From Octopus vulgaris (lineage: Eukaryota): a DNA stretch of 64,000 nt. Below, piece after piece: positions 26,028 to 40,513 of this stretch; positions within the stretch are counted from its first letter, which is position 1, and each line of letters opens with the position of its first letter. The notes under the pieces were generated by a model that saw only the letters and a program-made list of their open reading frames with translations, ran no database searches and was not told where the DNA came from. The stretch covers positions 17,794,001 to 17,858,000 of the forward strand of contig OX597839.1 of the NCBI GenBank assembly GCA_951406725.2, written 5' to 3'. The position numbers were made by a program, and so were the translations under genes.

Positions 26028-26583
26028 GGTATCATTGATTTAATGATTTCTATCATTTATTGAATATACAAAGAAGCGAAAAAAGGGTAACTTACCCACC
26101 TACCAGCCCAACCCTACACATACACAAAAAAAACAAAAAAAAAAACAAATAAATAAGTGGGACTTTTAATTCTATGATCTGGTAATATATATCTTTACTA
26201 TCATAATTGTCTCTCCTCTCTCTCTCTCTCTCTGTCTCTCTCTGTCTCTCTCTATCTTTTCCACTTTCTTTCTCTCTATCTCTCTCACTTTCAAAAGATT
26301 TTTTACCTGTAATGTGATTTTTGCATTATACTTTGAGAAGGAGGTGAAAAGACCAAAAAAAAAGCATTAAAGAAAAGAATAAAAAAAAAAATAAATGCAA
26401 AAAAAAAAAACAAGAAAGATATTTCTTCTTTATTGGTATAATTCAGTCTGTTGAATCAACTAATCTATATTGTCAGACCGACATTGCATTTCAATTTATA
26501 GAGACAGAAACTATATTTCATTCGCCTCTTTTTTTTTCTCTTTTTTTTTTGACGTATATTTATTACTCTCAATTTAGGGAGGA

Positions 26584-26646
<63 letters not shown>

Positions 26647-26864
26647 CTTTCTCTCTCACCTTCCCACATAACCCACCTAGCTATCTACTCTGCCTTGCTG
26701 CAAACTATAAAGAAAAAACAAAATGAAATAAAAGAAAGAAAAGGAAAGGAAAGAGACCTTTATGGAACATCTAAAAGATTTTTTGAAACTAGTGATTTTT
26801 TTTATTGATCATTAACATAAATTATATTCGTGTGTATATATGTATGAATGAATATGTATGTATG

Positions 26865-26897
<33 letters not shown>

Positions 26898-28129
26898 TAT
26901 GTATAATTATATACATACATATGCATACATATATGTATACACATATACAGATAGATTATATATATGTATATATAAATATGTGTAAATAATATGGGCATAC
27001 ATATATACACATGTACACGTAGGTATATGTGTGTGCATGAGAGATGCACACATAAGTGTATGAATGTATATGTGTATATATATATATATGTGTGTGAACA
27101 TGTATATATACAAACTTATATAGATATATACACACATACGCCATATGCATTTATATAACTTATATATACCATATATATATATGTATGTATGTGTGTATAT
27201 ATATATATATATATAAATGTATAAGAGATGCGTGTGTGTGGTAAAAGAAAATTGGGCTTTTTGTTGGTATCAGTTTCTACTGGACAAATTTACACACACG
27301 CATGGACACACAGACACACTCACACGCATTTAAAAATAAATCAGTTTTTTTTTTTTTCAATAAAGTAATATGATGGTTCTATCATTGTTAATTTAAGCCA
27401 TCAAAATTTATTCTAAGAGTTCTCTGATAATATATATTCTTAGTTTCTCTTTTTATTCAATAATCCCCTAGACTAAAGTTGAAGTGAAACATTTCATAGA
27501 CAATGCGAGTGATTTCCATAGTTTTAGATTTCCAGTCAAGTCAGACTGCAAGGCCAAATATATTTGTGACAAGCACACAATATCTGTCTGTCTATCCCCA
27601 TAGAAAGTGTTAGAAAATATATGTAATCTTGATTGTACCAAATGTTTATTATCTTTCCCAGCTACTTTTAATTCTTCTGCTTGTTTTTAACCAACTATAA
27701 ATCATGTGCAATATCTTAGCTGAGCAAGTGAATAAAAGAAAACAATCAAATAGTAGTTTTAATGTTACTTATTCCATAGAAAAACACTGATTAAAAATTC
27801 TGCAAATAAATATTGAATTGATAACTGACCAAAAGTCTTGATTGCAAATGATTTTAACGACTATAAATTTTTTAAAATGGTAATTTAATGTCTTATATAG
27901 ATTTCTGTAACTTCTGACTGATGAACTTTGAAAAGAATCCAATAGTTGGAAGCAATGTGACCACACACTGAGAAAACATCTATTGTCTGGCCAAAATGAT
28001 GTTTGTCTGCTAAGATTTTGTAGTTTGATTTACTACAAACTTGAAAATCTGCTTACAATTTCTTTTTGGCACTTCTATCAGTAAATAGATATATATCAAC
28101 TACAAAGCTACTTAGGTTTAAGATATTTA

Positions 28130-28168
<39 letters not shown>

Positions 28169-28736
28169 CAACAATATAACGATAATAAATAAATACATAT
28201 ATATATATATATATATATATAAAAGAAATATCAGCCAGACACAAATTCTGAGTACTTTGATAGAGAGAAAAGACCAAACTTAATTCATCTTATTCAAGTA
28301 TATCAAATCATTTTGTATAGTTATATTTCCTTTTATATTTTATTTTTTATTTCTCTTCTTTTACTCTTAGATTTTTAGGAAATCTTTCAATCGTTTATGT
28401 AATATTACATTCTAATAGAGTAATTAGAAATAACTTCATCACTTGAAGTAATTTAGATTTCTTACAGTGCCATCATCATCATCATCACCACCTTCATCAT
28501 CATCATTGTCATTTAACATCTACTTTTCCATGCTTGCATGGGTCAGATGGAACTTCTTTTAGCAGATTTTCTACAGCCAGATGCCCTTCCTATCACCAAC
28601 CCTCGCCTTCAAGTAAACTTATATTTCCTCATGGACAGACACATTTTTTACAGAACACTGGAAATTAACGACAATGCTTGTGTGATGGTGATGCTCATTT
28701 ACAATCATCACATGATGTCTAGGTAGGGGCAAATGC

Positions 28737-28773
<37 letters not shown>

Positions 28774-29057
28774 CATCTTCATTTAATATCACTGTTCCTT
28801 GCTAGCATAGAATAATGAAAGTTAAATGATGATGATGATGATGATAAATACATATATGAGAGAATGAGTCCTCAACACCACATTAGTTGATAAATATTCA
28901 TTATTTGTGGGTAGACAAAGCTACCATTGGTTTCAAATTCAACTAAAACCAACTTTGCCTTTCATTCTTCCATCATCATCCTCTTGACATTACTGTCTTC
29001 AAGTTCTGGGACTCTTGGAGCTGGTTACCCAGTTTCCATGGTATATAAGCCACCAAG

Positions 29058-29460
29058 GTGAGCTGGCAGAATCGTTAGCACGCCAGACGAAATACTTAGC
29101 GGTATTTCGTCTGCCGCTACGTTCTGAGTTTAAATTCCACCAAGGTCGACTTTGCCTTTCATCCTTTCGAGGTCGATAAATTAAGTACCAGTTATGCACT
29201 GGGGTCGATGTAATCGACTTAATCCATTTGTCCTTGTTTGTCCTCTCTGTGTTTAGCCCCTTGTGGGTAGTAAAGAAATAGGTATTTCATCTGCCGTTAC
29301 GTTCTGAGTTCAAATTCCGCAGAGGTCGACTTCGCCTTTCATCCTTTCGGGGTCGATAAATTAAGTACCAGTTACGCACTGGGGTCGATGTAATCGACTT
29401 AATCTGTTTGTCCTTGTTTGTCCTCTCTGTGTTTAGACCCTTGTGGGTAGTTTAGAAATA
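29058..29460 (+). mobile_element. Young SINE-B dimer with 18-bp TSD
   Basis: GGTATATAAGCCACCAAG at 29040-29057 and 29461-29478; unit 1 29058-29280, 5'-truncated unit 2 29281-29460. Confidence 0.92.
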
Positions 29461-30064
29461 GGTATATAAGCCACCAAGATCACAACATTTCTCTTGAATG
29501 GGACACCAGTCAGTTTAAGAGTTACTTACAGTTGAGTGAATTGGAGCAATGTGAAATGAAATGTTTTCCTCAAGAACACAACACACTGCCTGGTTCGGGA
29601 ATTGATACCATGATCTTTCAATCCTGAGTGCATCACCATAACCATTAGCACTGATAAAATAAAGTAACTGTCCAAGAGGGAGCATTATTGGGAGCATTAT
29701 TAAAGCATTGAATATAAAATACCTCTTGACATTTATTTTGGTTCTTTTTGTTCTGAGTTCTTGGATGGTCAGTTTAATCTGTCATCTAGTTTAACACTAT
29801 CACCTGATCCTTGGTTGATTCGTCAGGGTCTCCTCTGCTGCAAACAGATCTTGTGATTTGATTTGATTGATAGAAACCAAAACAAGCACTGCCAGCTCTG
29901 AAGAGTGCAGGGTTACATCCACTTGAACCACTAGTGTGAAACTAATAGGTAAGATTGGTTGTAATGGACATGTAATACTGTACACTTTGATTAATAAGTT
30001 TCATGATGCAAACAGGAAAATAGAACTTAAAGCATGAGTATATATATATTTTGTAAATAATCAG

Positions 30065-30168
30065 CAGAAATTACAGAGTGACTCCATGGCCAAGAGTTTT
30101 GAGTGTTGGCACATTGATAAGCACCAACACATGAAAGTTTTCATCTTTGAGTCACTCTGTAACTTCTG
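30065..30168. repeat. Short inverted repeat / hairpin
   Basis: CAGAAATTACAGAGTGACTC pairs with GAGTCACTCTGTAACTTCTG (19/20); inner GTGTTGG/CCAACAC stem. Confidence 0.85.
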
Positions 30169-30438
30169 GCTATTAATAATATGTGTGCACATACACCAGA
30201 GCCACTAAACATAATAGGAAGAAAACCCAGTTTGAAATAGATCCATAGTGCCTGGTCGTGGGGAAATGTTATTTTTTTTATGAAACAGGTGAGGGCTGGG
30301 GATAGGAAGGGCATCTAATCATAGAAAATCTTTCTCAATAAACTTTGTGCAACCCATGCAAGCATGGAAAAGTGGGCATTAAAACTACGATGATGATTGT
30401 GTGTGTGCATGTGTGTGTACACATGTGCATGTGTGTGT

Positions 30439-30499
<61 letters not shown>

Positions 30500-31701
30500 C
30501 TTGGCAACACGACAACAGAAGTCTATGTGACCCAGTGGCTCAAATGATGACAGAGGTCCAGAATTACTAACCTGAATAAACCACATCAAGATTTGAACAC
30601 TCAAAATGCAAAATGCCACAATAAATACAACAAAGTATTTTATTTGATCTTCTAGTAATTCTGCCAGTTCAATAGCTTTTTTTAGATGAGACTTAATTCT
30701 GGCTTGAGGTTGTACTATAACACCAACTACATATGAAACTATAACGTCAATGGAGCTTTCCAGCCAGGGTTGAGGAAACTTTTTAGTATCAGGGACTTAA
30801 TCTATAAATGTAGTAACCTGTTGAGGCATATCTGTGGTGAGGACAATAATAAATCTTTATATTACAGTTTCATAGGTATATATAGGCATTGGCATAGCTT
30901 ATAGACACAAGTGCAGCTGTGTGGTTGAAAAGTTTGCTCCCCAAATATGTGGTTTCAGGTTCAGTCCCACTGCATGGTACCTTTGGCAAGTGTTTTCTTA
31001 TATAGTCCCAGGCCATTGAAAGCCTTGTAAGCAGATTTTGTAGACAGAAACTGAAAGAACTCCATCATGTATATATGCATGTGTATGTTTGTATTTCTTG
31101 GTCTTGGCATCATGTGATTGTTGTAAATGGATGTCATTCATTTCCAGTATTCTGCAAAAACATGTCTGGCCTTGCCATGGGAAAATATTACCTTGCTTTG
31201 GACACAGGTGAGGGTTGGTGATAGGAACGGCATCTGGCTGTAGAAAAATCTGCCTCAATAAACTCCATCCAACCCATGCAAGCTTGGAAAAGAGGTCATT
31301 AAAATGGTGATGATGTTGTACCCTATAAAGGATAGATAAACCCAGAGTGGGTTCAATGACTATCTAGCAATAGCATAGGCCTTCAGAAATTCCAGGTTGT
31401 TGTCCATCATGTTGGAAGACCACTGGAAGTGAGGGACCCCTTAACTTTGTTAAAGTGTGTCTCTAGAACCCTCTTCAGACCTAGGCTATGCCTGCTCCAA
31501 TAATCAGTGTTGACTTGATCAGTGAATCTTCTGTAATGGTCAGCAGTCAATGGCAAGATGAGCTGCTACAGATCATACTATCCCAACATGTTTATGCATG
31601 TAAGTGGGGCCCAGTTGTGAAATTACATTCCCACTGAAACTCCAAACACTTGTTAGTCAGAGCCAGCTCAACCCATCCTAGCTAAATCCTGCCACAAGTA
31701 T

Positions 31702-32123
31702 ATCATCATCATCATTTAATGTCCGTTTTCCATGCTAGCATGGGTTGGATGGTTTTGACTGAGGGCTGGCAACCAGATGGCTGCACCAGGCTCCAGTCTT
31801 GATCTGGCAGAGTTTCTACAGCTGGATGCCCTTCCTAACACCAACCACTCTGATAGTGTAGTGGGTGCTTTTTACATGCCACCTGCACAGGGGCCAGTCA
31901 GGCGGAACTGGCAATGACCTCACTCGAATCTTTTTACATGTGCCACTGACACAGGTGCTAGTGAAGCGACGTTGGTAACGATCACGCTTGAATGGTGCCC
32001 TTTTATGTGCCACGGGTACAGAAGCCAGTTGGCTGCTCTGGGAACGATCACAACGATCATGCTCGGATGGTGTTCTTGGCACCCTACTAGCACAGGCATA
32101 AGTGCCGGTAAGGTGACACTGGT
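31702..32123 (-). mobile_element. SINE-C (RTE-type tail, internal GTGGCACGTAAAAAGCACC-like repeats)
   Basis: Reverse complement of 49797-50218; other copies at 32337-32690 (-), 44252-44630 (-), 5938-6150 (-), 16390-16560 (+). Confidence 0.85.
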
Positions 32124-32759
32124 AAGTAGTAATAATAGATTACTGTCGGGGCTGAAGTCATGAACCCATTTTTTTATACAGGTTTTTTAGAAACTTCCTC
32201 AGTTGTTTCAGATTTGAAGGTCATTGAAATTTAGGTTTGCTGCAACCTTATTCTATGTGATGTTCTGGCTTTGAGAAATAGCTGCCAAAATTTCTCAAAT
32301 TTTATGTCAACATTATTTCGAAATAAAACAAAACAATCATCATCATCATCATCATCATCGTCGTTTAACGTCCACTTTCCAGGCTAGCATGGGTTGGACG
32401 GTTCAACTGGGGTCTGGGAATCCAGAAGGCTGCACCAGGCCCAGTCTGATCATGCAGTGTTTCTACAGCTGGATGCCCTTCCTAACACCAACCACCCCGT
32501 GAGTGTAGTGGGTGCTTTTTACATGCCACCGGCACGGAGGCCAAACAAGGCTGGCAACAGCCACGATTGGGTCGTGCTTTTTACGTGCCACCGGCACGGA
32601 GGCCAGTCGGGGCGGCACTGGCAACAGCAACGTTCGGACGGTTCTCTTAAGTGCCACCAGCACTGGTATCACAACTACAATTTCCATTGATTTTGATCGA
32701 TTTCAAATAATATATTTGATAAATAGAGTCCCAGAAGCAAATCTATTTCAGAAAGAGAG

Positions 32760-33150
32760 TTAGTCCCTGCTATACTCTCATGCACATTGGGCAGCAAGTT
32801 AACACCACAAGTTTCTGTTGGCTGTGGTTTTCTCTGCTTCTGGCATTGTGATATTGGCCTTTCTCTTGTTGGTTATGAATGTCCTGTGGTATGTACTCTT
32901 CAGACTTCCTCTCTCTCTTCCCCTCTGGTGGGGTCCACTTGAAATCTCTTTTAGCAGGGTGTTGTTCTGGTAACCAGAGTGTGTAACTTGCTAGTTTTTA
33001 TCTTCATTCTGTGACATTTTTCACTATGTCGTCTTGTGTTGGCTCTTTTAGGAATGTCTTCATTGGTTATGGGACCTTGCCAGTGCATTCTCAGAATCTT
33101 AAACTCATCGATTCTGAGAGTACTTCAATATTTTATTTTAACTACTCAGC
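32760..33150 (-). mobile_element. Decayed RTE LINE 3' fragment
   Basis: Minus-strand frames give KILRMHWQGPITNEDI, LPEQHPAKRDFKWTPPEGKRERG and EAEKTTANRNLW, typical of the RTE ORF C-terminus; frameshifted. Confidence 0.7.
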
Positions 33151-33827
33151 AACACCTTCTACCAGGTGCATTCCTTTGTCTTTGGTTTTTTTGCAGAGTT
33201 TCCTTTTTTATGAGGGAGGGGGTCATATGTAGCTTTAGATATAATATATCTATAAATTTAAAACAATTATGTATGTATTTTTTAAATTATAAATTGGGGA
33301 AAAAGGGGAAAAATGGTAAAAAGATAACAAGAATTATGTAATGTAAAGCTGCAAAAAATTTTTTTGCAAGAATAAAGGAAAGAATAAAGACATTGTTCTT
33401 ATTTTTCTTTACTTTTTTTTTGTCTTTTTGGCTAACATTGTAATCATTATTTTGAAATGATCACCTTTGTGTGAAACACCCAGATTGATTATATTTCGCT
33501 TTTTTCTCTTTCTTTTCTTTTGTTTATCTTTTTTTTGTTAATTCTTTTTCCCGAATTTTTCATTTATTTCTTATTTTTATTTCATTTTATTTTATTTTTT
33601 TGCTGAATAAAAAATAACAAATGTAAGAAAAGAGTCATTTATATCAAATAGGTATTTAAATTGATTCTCAGCTATAGAACATAAAAGTTAATATATCAGA
33701 TTAAAAGGTTAGGAATATTGAAATTCAATAGAGGAATAGTTCTAATTGATTGAATTATTGGAAGGCCTCTGTTCCAGATGAAGCTTAGAGATGAATCAAA
33801 ACATAGACACGCATGTATGAAAATTCT

Positions 33828-33902
<75 letters not shown>

Positions 33903-34036
33903 TACACAGAGGCACATATATAATTATATATGTATATATCTATAGACATATATGCATATGTATATACAAGTATGTATGCATATATATTTACATATATGTA
34001 TACATGTGTGTACATTTCTTGTGTGTGTGTGTGTGT

Positions 34037-34071
<35 letters not shown>

Positions 34072-35106
34072 GAAGATGTATACATGTATTTGTGTATGTG
34101 TGTGTGTTATAAATTGTGTACTGCTAAAAGAAACAGCTCAGTGGTGCGATAAGTGGTAACATTTTACTAAAAGACGAGGAAATTTTTTTTTTTCTCAAAT
34201 ATAATTCAATGAGTGCAAATGAATAAAATAACAAAAGAAAGAACAAAAACAAAACAATAGAAATAAAAAAAAGCAAAGTAAAACAAAATAATTCCATTGT
34301 GAAGTGCTAACATTTTTTTCTTTCTTTCTTTTTTTGTTTCTTTGTTTAAACTTGTTTTATACCAAATAGATCAACTAAAAATTTAAAAAGAAAAATTATA
34401 TAAAACAGAAATATATGTAAAGCGGGAAATATATATATATGTATGTGTGTGTAGTATATACACATTTATACACTCACACACACGTGTAGAGAAATGATCA
34501 AAAAACTGAATTATAGAATTTACCACCTTTTGTGTGTTGTTACATAATAACTGTGGTAATCACTGAGCTATAGATATTGTTGTTTATATCAATATTTGGA
34601 GTGCAAGGGAATTCTTCTCAAAAAACAAAACTGCATGCACATGTGTGTGTGTGAATACATACATACTCCTATATATATATTTTTGTGTTCATGTGTGTGT
34701 ATGTTTGTATATATATGTATCAAACAGGTAGATGTGTTGAAGGAGGGAAGGATACACAAAGACACGTAACAACTGAATGAGATAAAGGAAGACAAGGGGA
34801 AAAAAAATTGACATGCAAAATAGGAATATATTTTTTTTTACTCTTTTCATGCTTGAGACTTTGGTCATGATTTTAGGGTGGATTTCTTCATGCACACACA
34901 CACACACCACACACACAAATTTATATCTGAAACATGCTTAAAAGTGATGGCTATAAATCCAATATTTAGCTTAGGTTATCCAACATTATCTATCTTTATC
35001 TAATCATCCTTTCATCTGAAACTGTGCATAAAGTGGATGGAGACAGAAAGAGAAGTGAAAAAAATAAAAGAACCATGAAAATCATCTTCATGTCATATCA
35101 TCATGC

Positions 35107-35197
<91 letters not shown>

Positions 35198-35211
35198 ATA
35201 TATATATATGT

Positions 35212-35297
<86 letters not shown>

Positions 35298-35437
35298 CAT
35301 ATATATTATATATGAGAGTGTTTGGTGGAAGACGGTATTGATATAAATGTCTCCCAACAAACATTCTCATATATGATAGATGTGTGTATTGGTATAGGAA
35401 ACAATGCATAAATAATATGAATAGCATGTATACACAC

Positions 35438-35472
<35 letters not shown>

Positions 35473-35621
35473 CACTAGATGTGACACATGACCCAGTGTG
35501 CATCTATATACACTCATCTTAATCCCCCATAGGTAATATTTCTACATCAACGTTTGAAAGGGCAGAAATAAAATATCTCCAATGACATTTAAATTATGTA
35601 TGTGCATGTACATAATTTATA

Positions 35622-35673
<52 letters not shown>

Positions 35674-36519
35674 TACATCTCTATCTGTATGTATGTGTAT
35701 GTATATTACATATATGTTTATATGTATATATATTTTTTATATATGTATATCATATGTATATATTATACATATTTTTTGTATATGTGCATTATATATATAT
35801 ATACATATATTTTATATATATATATATTTATACATATATGTATAGTTGTATATTTCGAATATATATACATTATATATGTATTTGTGTATTATATATATGA
35901 TATATATATATATATATTTTGCATGTGTGTGTATATAGAGAGAGAAGGTGAGAGAGAGAGAGGCTGCTCTGTTCCATGTGGGTGGTTTTGCAACAAACCA
36001 AAACAAACAAACAAAATTACTCAAAACCAATAAGGTTGAATTCTTTGCTTTCTTTTTTTATGTCAGCTGAAGAAGTTTACTATTTTTTGGTAAAGTTAAT
36101 TTCACAAAACTTTTAAATGGCTGATAATCTACAGGATAAAGATCAAGAGAATTTTGGAGATGTGAAATTTGCTTGTTTTTTTGTTTTTTTTTTGCTGTTG
36201 TTTTTCTTTTTCTGGCAGCTTCAGTACCACCTCCACTAACACAAAATTATGGTTTCCATAGATATTTGGAAAGATGATTGTGATAATGGAATATCATACT
36301 AGTTGAATGTATTGCAGAATTTTTTGTTGTTGTTATGGAATAAGTTTCATAGTCACACGGTTTCAAGTTCTATCTCTTGACATGTCACTCTCAGTATGTA
36401 TCTTCTACTGTAGTTTTGTGCCAACAAAAGTCTTGGGAGTGAAATTAATAAATGGAGACTACACTGAAGCTCATCATGTGTATGTATGAATATTTACATT
36501 AGACATGAATATTTACATA

Positions 36520-36906
36520 GGCGCAGGGGTGGCTGTGTGGTAAGTAGCTTGTTTACCAACCACATAGTTCCGGGTTCAGTCCCACTGCGTGGCACCTTGG
36601 GCAAATGTCTTCTACTTGTGAGTGGATTTGGTAGACGGAAACTGAAAGAAGCCCGTCTTATATATGTATATATATATATATATATGCGTGTGTTTGTGTG
36701 TCTGTGTTTGTCCCCCTAGCATTGCTTGACAACCGATGCTCGTGTGTTTATGTCCCCATTACTTAGTGGTTCGGCAAAAGAGACCGATAGAATAAGTTCT
36801 GGGCTTACAAAAGAATAAGTCCTGGGGTCGAGTTGCTCGATTAAAGGCGGTGCTCCAGCATGGCCACAGTCAAATGACTGAAACAAGTAAAAGAGAGAAA
36901 AGAGAG
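36520..36906 (+). mobile_element. Young tRNA-derived SINE-A
   Basis: A box TGGCTGTGTGG, B box GGTTCAGTCCC, CCTTGGGCAAAT core, internal (TA)/(TG) tract, GTAAAAGAG-type tail; CpGs retained. Confidence 0.92.
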
Positions 36907-38071
36907 CATGAAACCTAAAGCTGCGAGCTGGCAGAATCGTTAGCACACCAAACAAATTACTTAGCTTATTTCTTCCAGCTTTATGCTCTGAGTTCAAATT
37001 CCACTGAGGTTGAATTTGTCTTTCGTCCTTTCAAGGTCAATAAAATAAGTACCAGTTGAGTACTGGGGTCGATGTAATCGGTTTAACCCCTCCCCTGAAA
37101 TTGCTGGCTTTATGCCAAAATTGAAATCATTGTTATCATTATCATCATCATCATATTACTATTATTATTATCATCATCATCATCATCATCATCATTAATA
37201 TGGCAAGCTGGCAGAATTGTTAGCATGCTGAACAAAATGCTTAGTGGCATTTCGCCCATCGCTACATTCTGAGTTCAAATTCTGCTGAGGTTGACTTTAC
37301 CTTTCATCCTTTCAGAGTCAATAAAATAAGTACCAGTTGAACACTGGGGTTGATATAATCGACTGCTCCCCTCCCCCCAAATTGCTGCTCATATGGTAAA
37401 ATCTGAAACCATTATTATTATTATTATTATTATTATTAAGGCAACAAGCTGGCAGAATCATTAGCCCACCAAGTGAAATGTTCAGCAGCATGTCGTCCAC
37501 CTTTACATTCTGAGTTCAAACTCCACTGAGGTCGACTTTACCTTTCATCCTTTCAGGGTCAATAAATTAAGTACCAGTGAAGCACTAGGGTCAATGTAAT
37601 CAATTGGTTCCCTTACCCGAAATTTCAGGCCTTGTTCCTTTAGTAGAAATTATTATTGTTGTTGTTGATGTTATCATCATCATCATCATCATCAACTAAA
37701 TCATTCAAGGTGATACCCCAACACAGCTGCAGTCCAATGATTTTAAACAAGTAAAAGATAAAACATTTAGAAGGATTTAGTAAATAACTTTTTCTTTTGT
37801 TAAATTAAATTGTTATTTAGAATACAACTTATGAGATTCTTACATAAAACACTGGTGATGGAAGGTTTTTTTATTTATTTTTTAATTTCTTTTATTTATA
37901 AAATGAACTCTTCAAAATGGAAGGTCTCTGGTGAGCTGATATCAAAAAGGTTCGTCAATCTAATTCAAGATGTGCCTTATTGATTGATTCTTTATTGATA
38001 TCGTTGGTTTTATAATGTCTATTACAAAGTTTCTTTAAGAAGAAAGTACGGCAAAACTCTATACGTTATTA

Positions 38072-38123
<52 letters not shown>

Positions 38124-38355
38124 GTTATTATTATTATTATTATTATTATTAAAGGCAGCAAGCTGGCAGAATCATTACTATGCTGGGCAAAATACTTAGT
38201 GGAATCTCACCTGTCACTACGTTCTATGTTCAAATTCCACCAGGGTCAATTTTGCCTTTCATCTTTTTGGAGTCGATGAAATAAGTACCAGTGAAACACT
38301 GGGGTCACTAGTATCCTCCTACAAAATTTCAGGCCTTGTGATTGTAGTAGAAAGG

Positions 38356-38393
<38 letters not shown>

Positions 38394-39172
38394 GATTATA
38401 AGCCCTTATACCTCCAAAATCAAATTTAAAATTATGTATTAGGCTGTCATGATACCCCCACCTCCACTTTTATTTAGAAAAAACAATAATGCAATAAAGC
38501 TTTATTAATTTTTCGATTATTTATTTTTTATTGTATATCAATATATTTTATATGAAATATTAAAAACTAATATATTGTATTATAGTAGATTATCTGCACT
38601 TGCTGTAATTATGTAACACTATGTTATACAAGATATTTTAAGGCTTTTAGCCTTTCCCTGTCCAAAGAATTTTCATTAACTTTGCTCATTTTCAGATTTT
38701 TAGTTAGCCCTTGTTTTAGGCTTTCTGAGTTATATAAATCTTTTCTTTTCATCAGTCCCAAGTTACACTGGGGCTGAAAAAACATTAGGAACGTATATCA
38801 TACATAATAAATGTATATCACAAATGTATACACAGGACAAGCAAAGAGGTTTAGGAGAGGTTAGGCTTCAAAAATGAGATGTGTATTTTACATGGCAATA
38901 TATTGTAGATGGGTTGTAGGCAGAGAGAGGGATTCGTTATATTTTTAAGATTAGGTGAACATTAGAAGTGTCTGAGTATGTAGAATATTGTTGTCATCAT
39001 CATCAACATCATTATCATCATCATTTAATATTTGTTTTCCATGCCAGCATGGGTTGCACAATTTGATAAGATCCAGTGAGTCACAAGTCTGTATCAGGCT
39101 CCAGTATTGTCTTTGGTATGTTTTCTACAGCTGGATGTCCTTCCAGAACCAACCACCTTGTAGTGTGTAGCA

Positions 39173-39579
39173 ACTCTTTTACTCTTTTACTTGTTTCAGT
39201 CATTTGACTGTGGCCATGCTGGAGCACCGCCTTTAGTCGAGCAAATCGACCCCGGGACTTAATCTTTGTAAGCCCAGTACTTATTCTATCAGACTCTTTT
39301 GCCGAACCGCTAAGTGACGGGGACGTAAACACACCAGCATCGGTTGTCAAGCAATGCTAGGGGGACAAACACAGACACACAAACACACACACATACATAT
39401 ATATATATATACATATATACGACAGGCTTCTTTCAGTTTCCGTCTACCAAATCCACTCACAAGGCATTGGTTGGCCCGGGGCTATAGCAGAAGACACTTG
39501 CCCAAGATGCCACGCAGTGGGACTGAACCCGGAACCATGTGGTTGTTTAGCAAGCTACTTACCACACAGCCACTCCTGC
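39173..39579 (-). mobile_element. Young SINE-A
   Basis: Near-identical to 41748-42153, 45679-46090 and 61164-61564. Confidence 0.93.
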
Positions 39580-40479
39580 AACTGTTTTTTTTTCTTTGCT
39601 CTTTTTTATGCCTCCATCAGTAGTGAGGTTGTCAAGTCAGTTGCCAAACAGAAAAAAGAACAGAAAGGGGAAGAGTCCCACTGAAGGAGTACTTGGGAGA
39701 AGGTTATAGTTTTATGCCAGGAGCTGTGAGGCCAAATTATGATAGAGGAAAAAATGCGGGTATCTTTCCAGTGAGTAGGTCCATGGCTACTCCACATTCT
39801 ATAAGAGTGGGTAGTTGTAGTTGGAAAGATGGGGAAAATCGTAGTGATTGGATGCTGGAGCAAATACTCAAGGTACAGGTCAGCATCATACAATCTTCTG
39901 TTGACTGTAATTTAAAATTAAGAGTCTACATTAATATATACTGCTGGAACCCTTGAATATTTCATGGAATTAAAGGTAAACCTATTGGGTTATATCTGAA
40001 AACTTTATATAAAAAACAGGAAAGTGTAGCCTGTGTTGTGTCTGTATAGAAAAACAGTCACTCATCTGCTACTCATTGGAAAGTGAAAGAAATTGGAATA
40101 CGATGATTACTTAATGCACTTTATATATACACTTTACATACTTTATGCACAATTTTATGGACTTAATACACAGCACTCATAAAATAAATATTCACTCTTA
40201 TTTTTCCATTTTCCCCATAAAGAAAAAAAAAATATCCCATACATATGATATAGCCTTTAGTTAAATTGCATGTATCTGGCATGCAAATAAGCATGAATAT
40301 TTCTCGGAATTGCACTTATGTGCATGCATTAAGTTATAGGTGACATAAAAAACTTAGTTCAATTTTAAAAAAGTACACTTTTCACTACCCACTCACTGCT
40401 GTCTCCATCATCACCATCTCCATCACCACCACCACCTCCACCATCTCCATCTCCATCACCACCACCACCACCATCATTA

Positions 40480-40513
<34 letters not shown>

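Noticed and set aside
27730-27990. Minus-strand ORF with DFWSVINSIF, reminiscent of a LINE ORF2 linker
   Set aside because: Too short and degenerate to assign.
30110-30145. TTGATAAG...TGAAA as a decayed hammerhead ribozyme
   Set aside because: Stems I and III cannot be formed around the core.
31330-31690. Possible very old RTE fragment on the minus strand
   Set aside because: Only faint motif resemblance across several frameshifts.
39354-39623. Recurrent peptide RQASFSFRLPNPLTR..RGYSRRHLPK..SGTEP.TMWL in many ORFs, resembling a gene family
   Set aside because: Antisense reading of SINE-A; follows SINE copies exactly.
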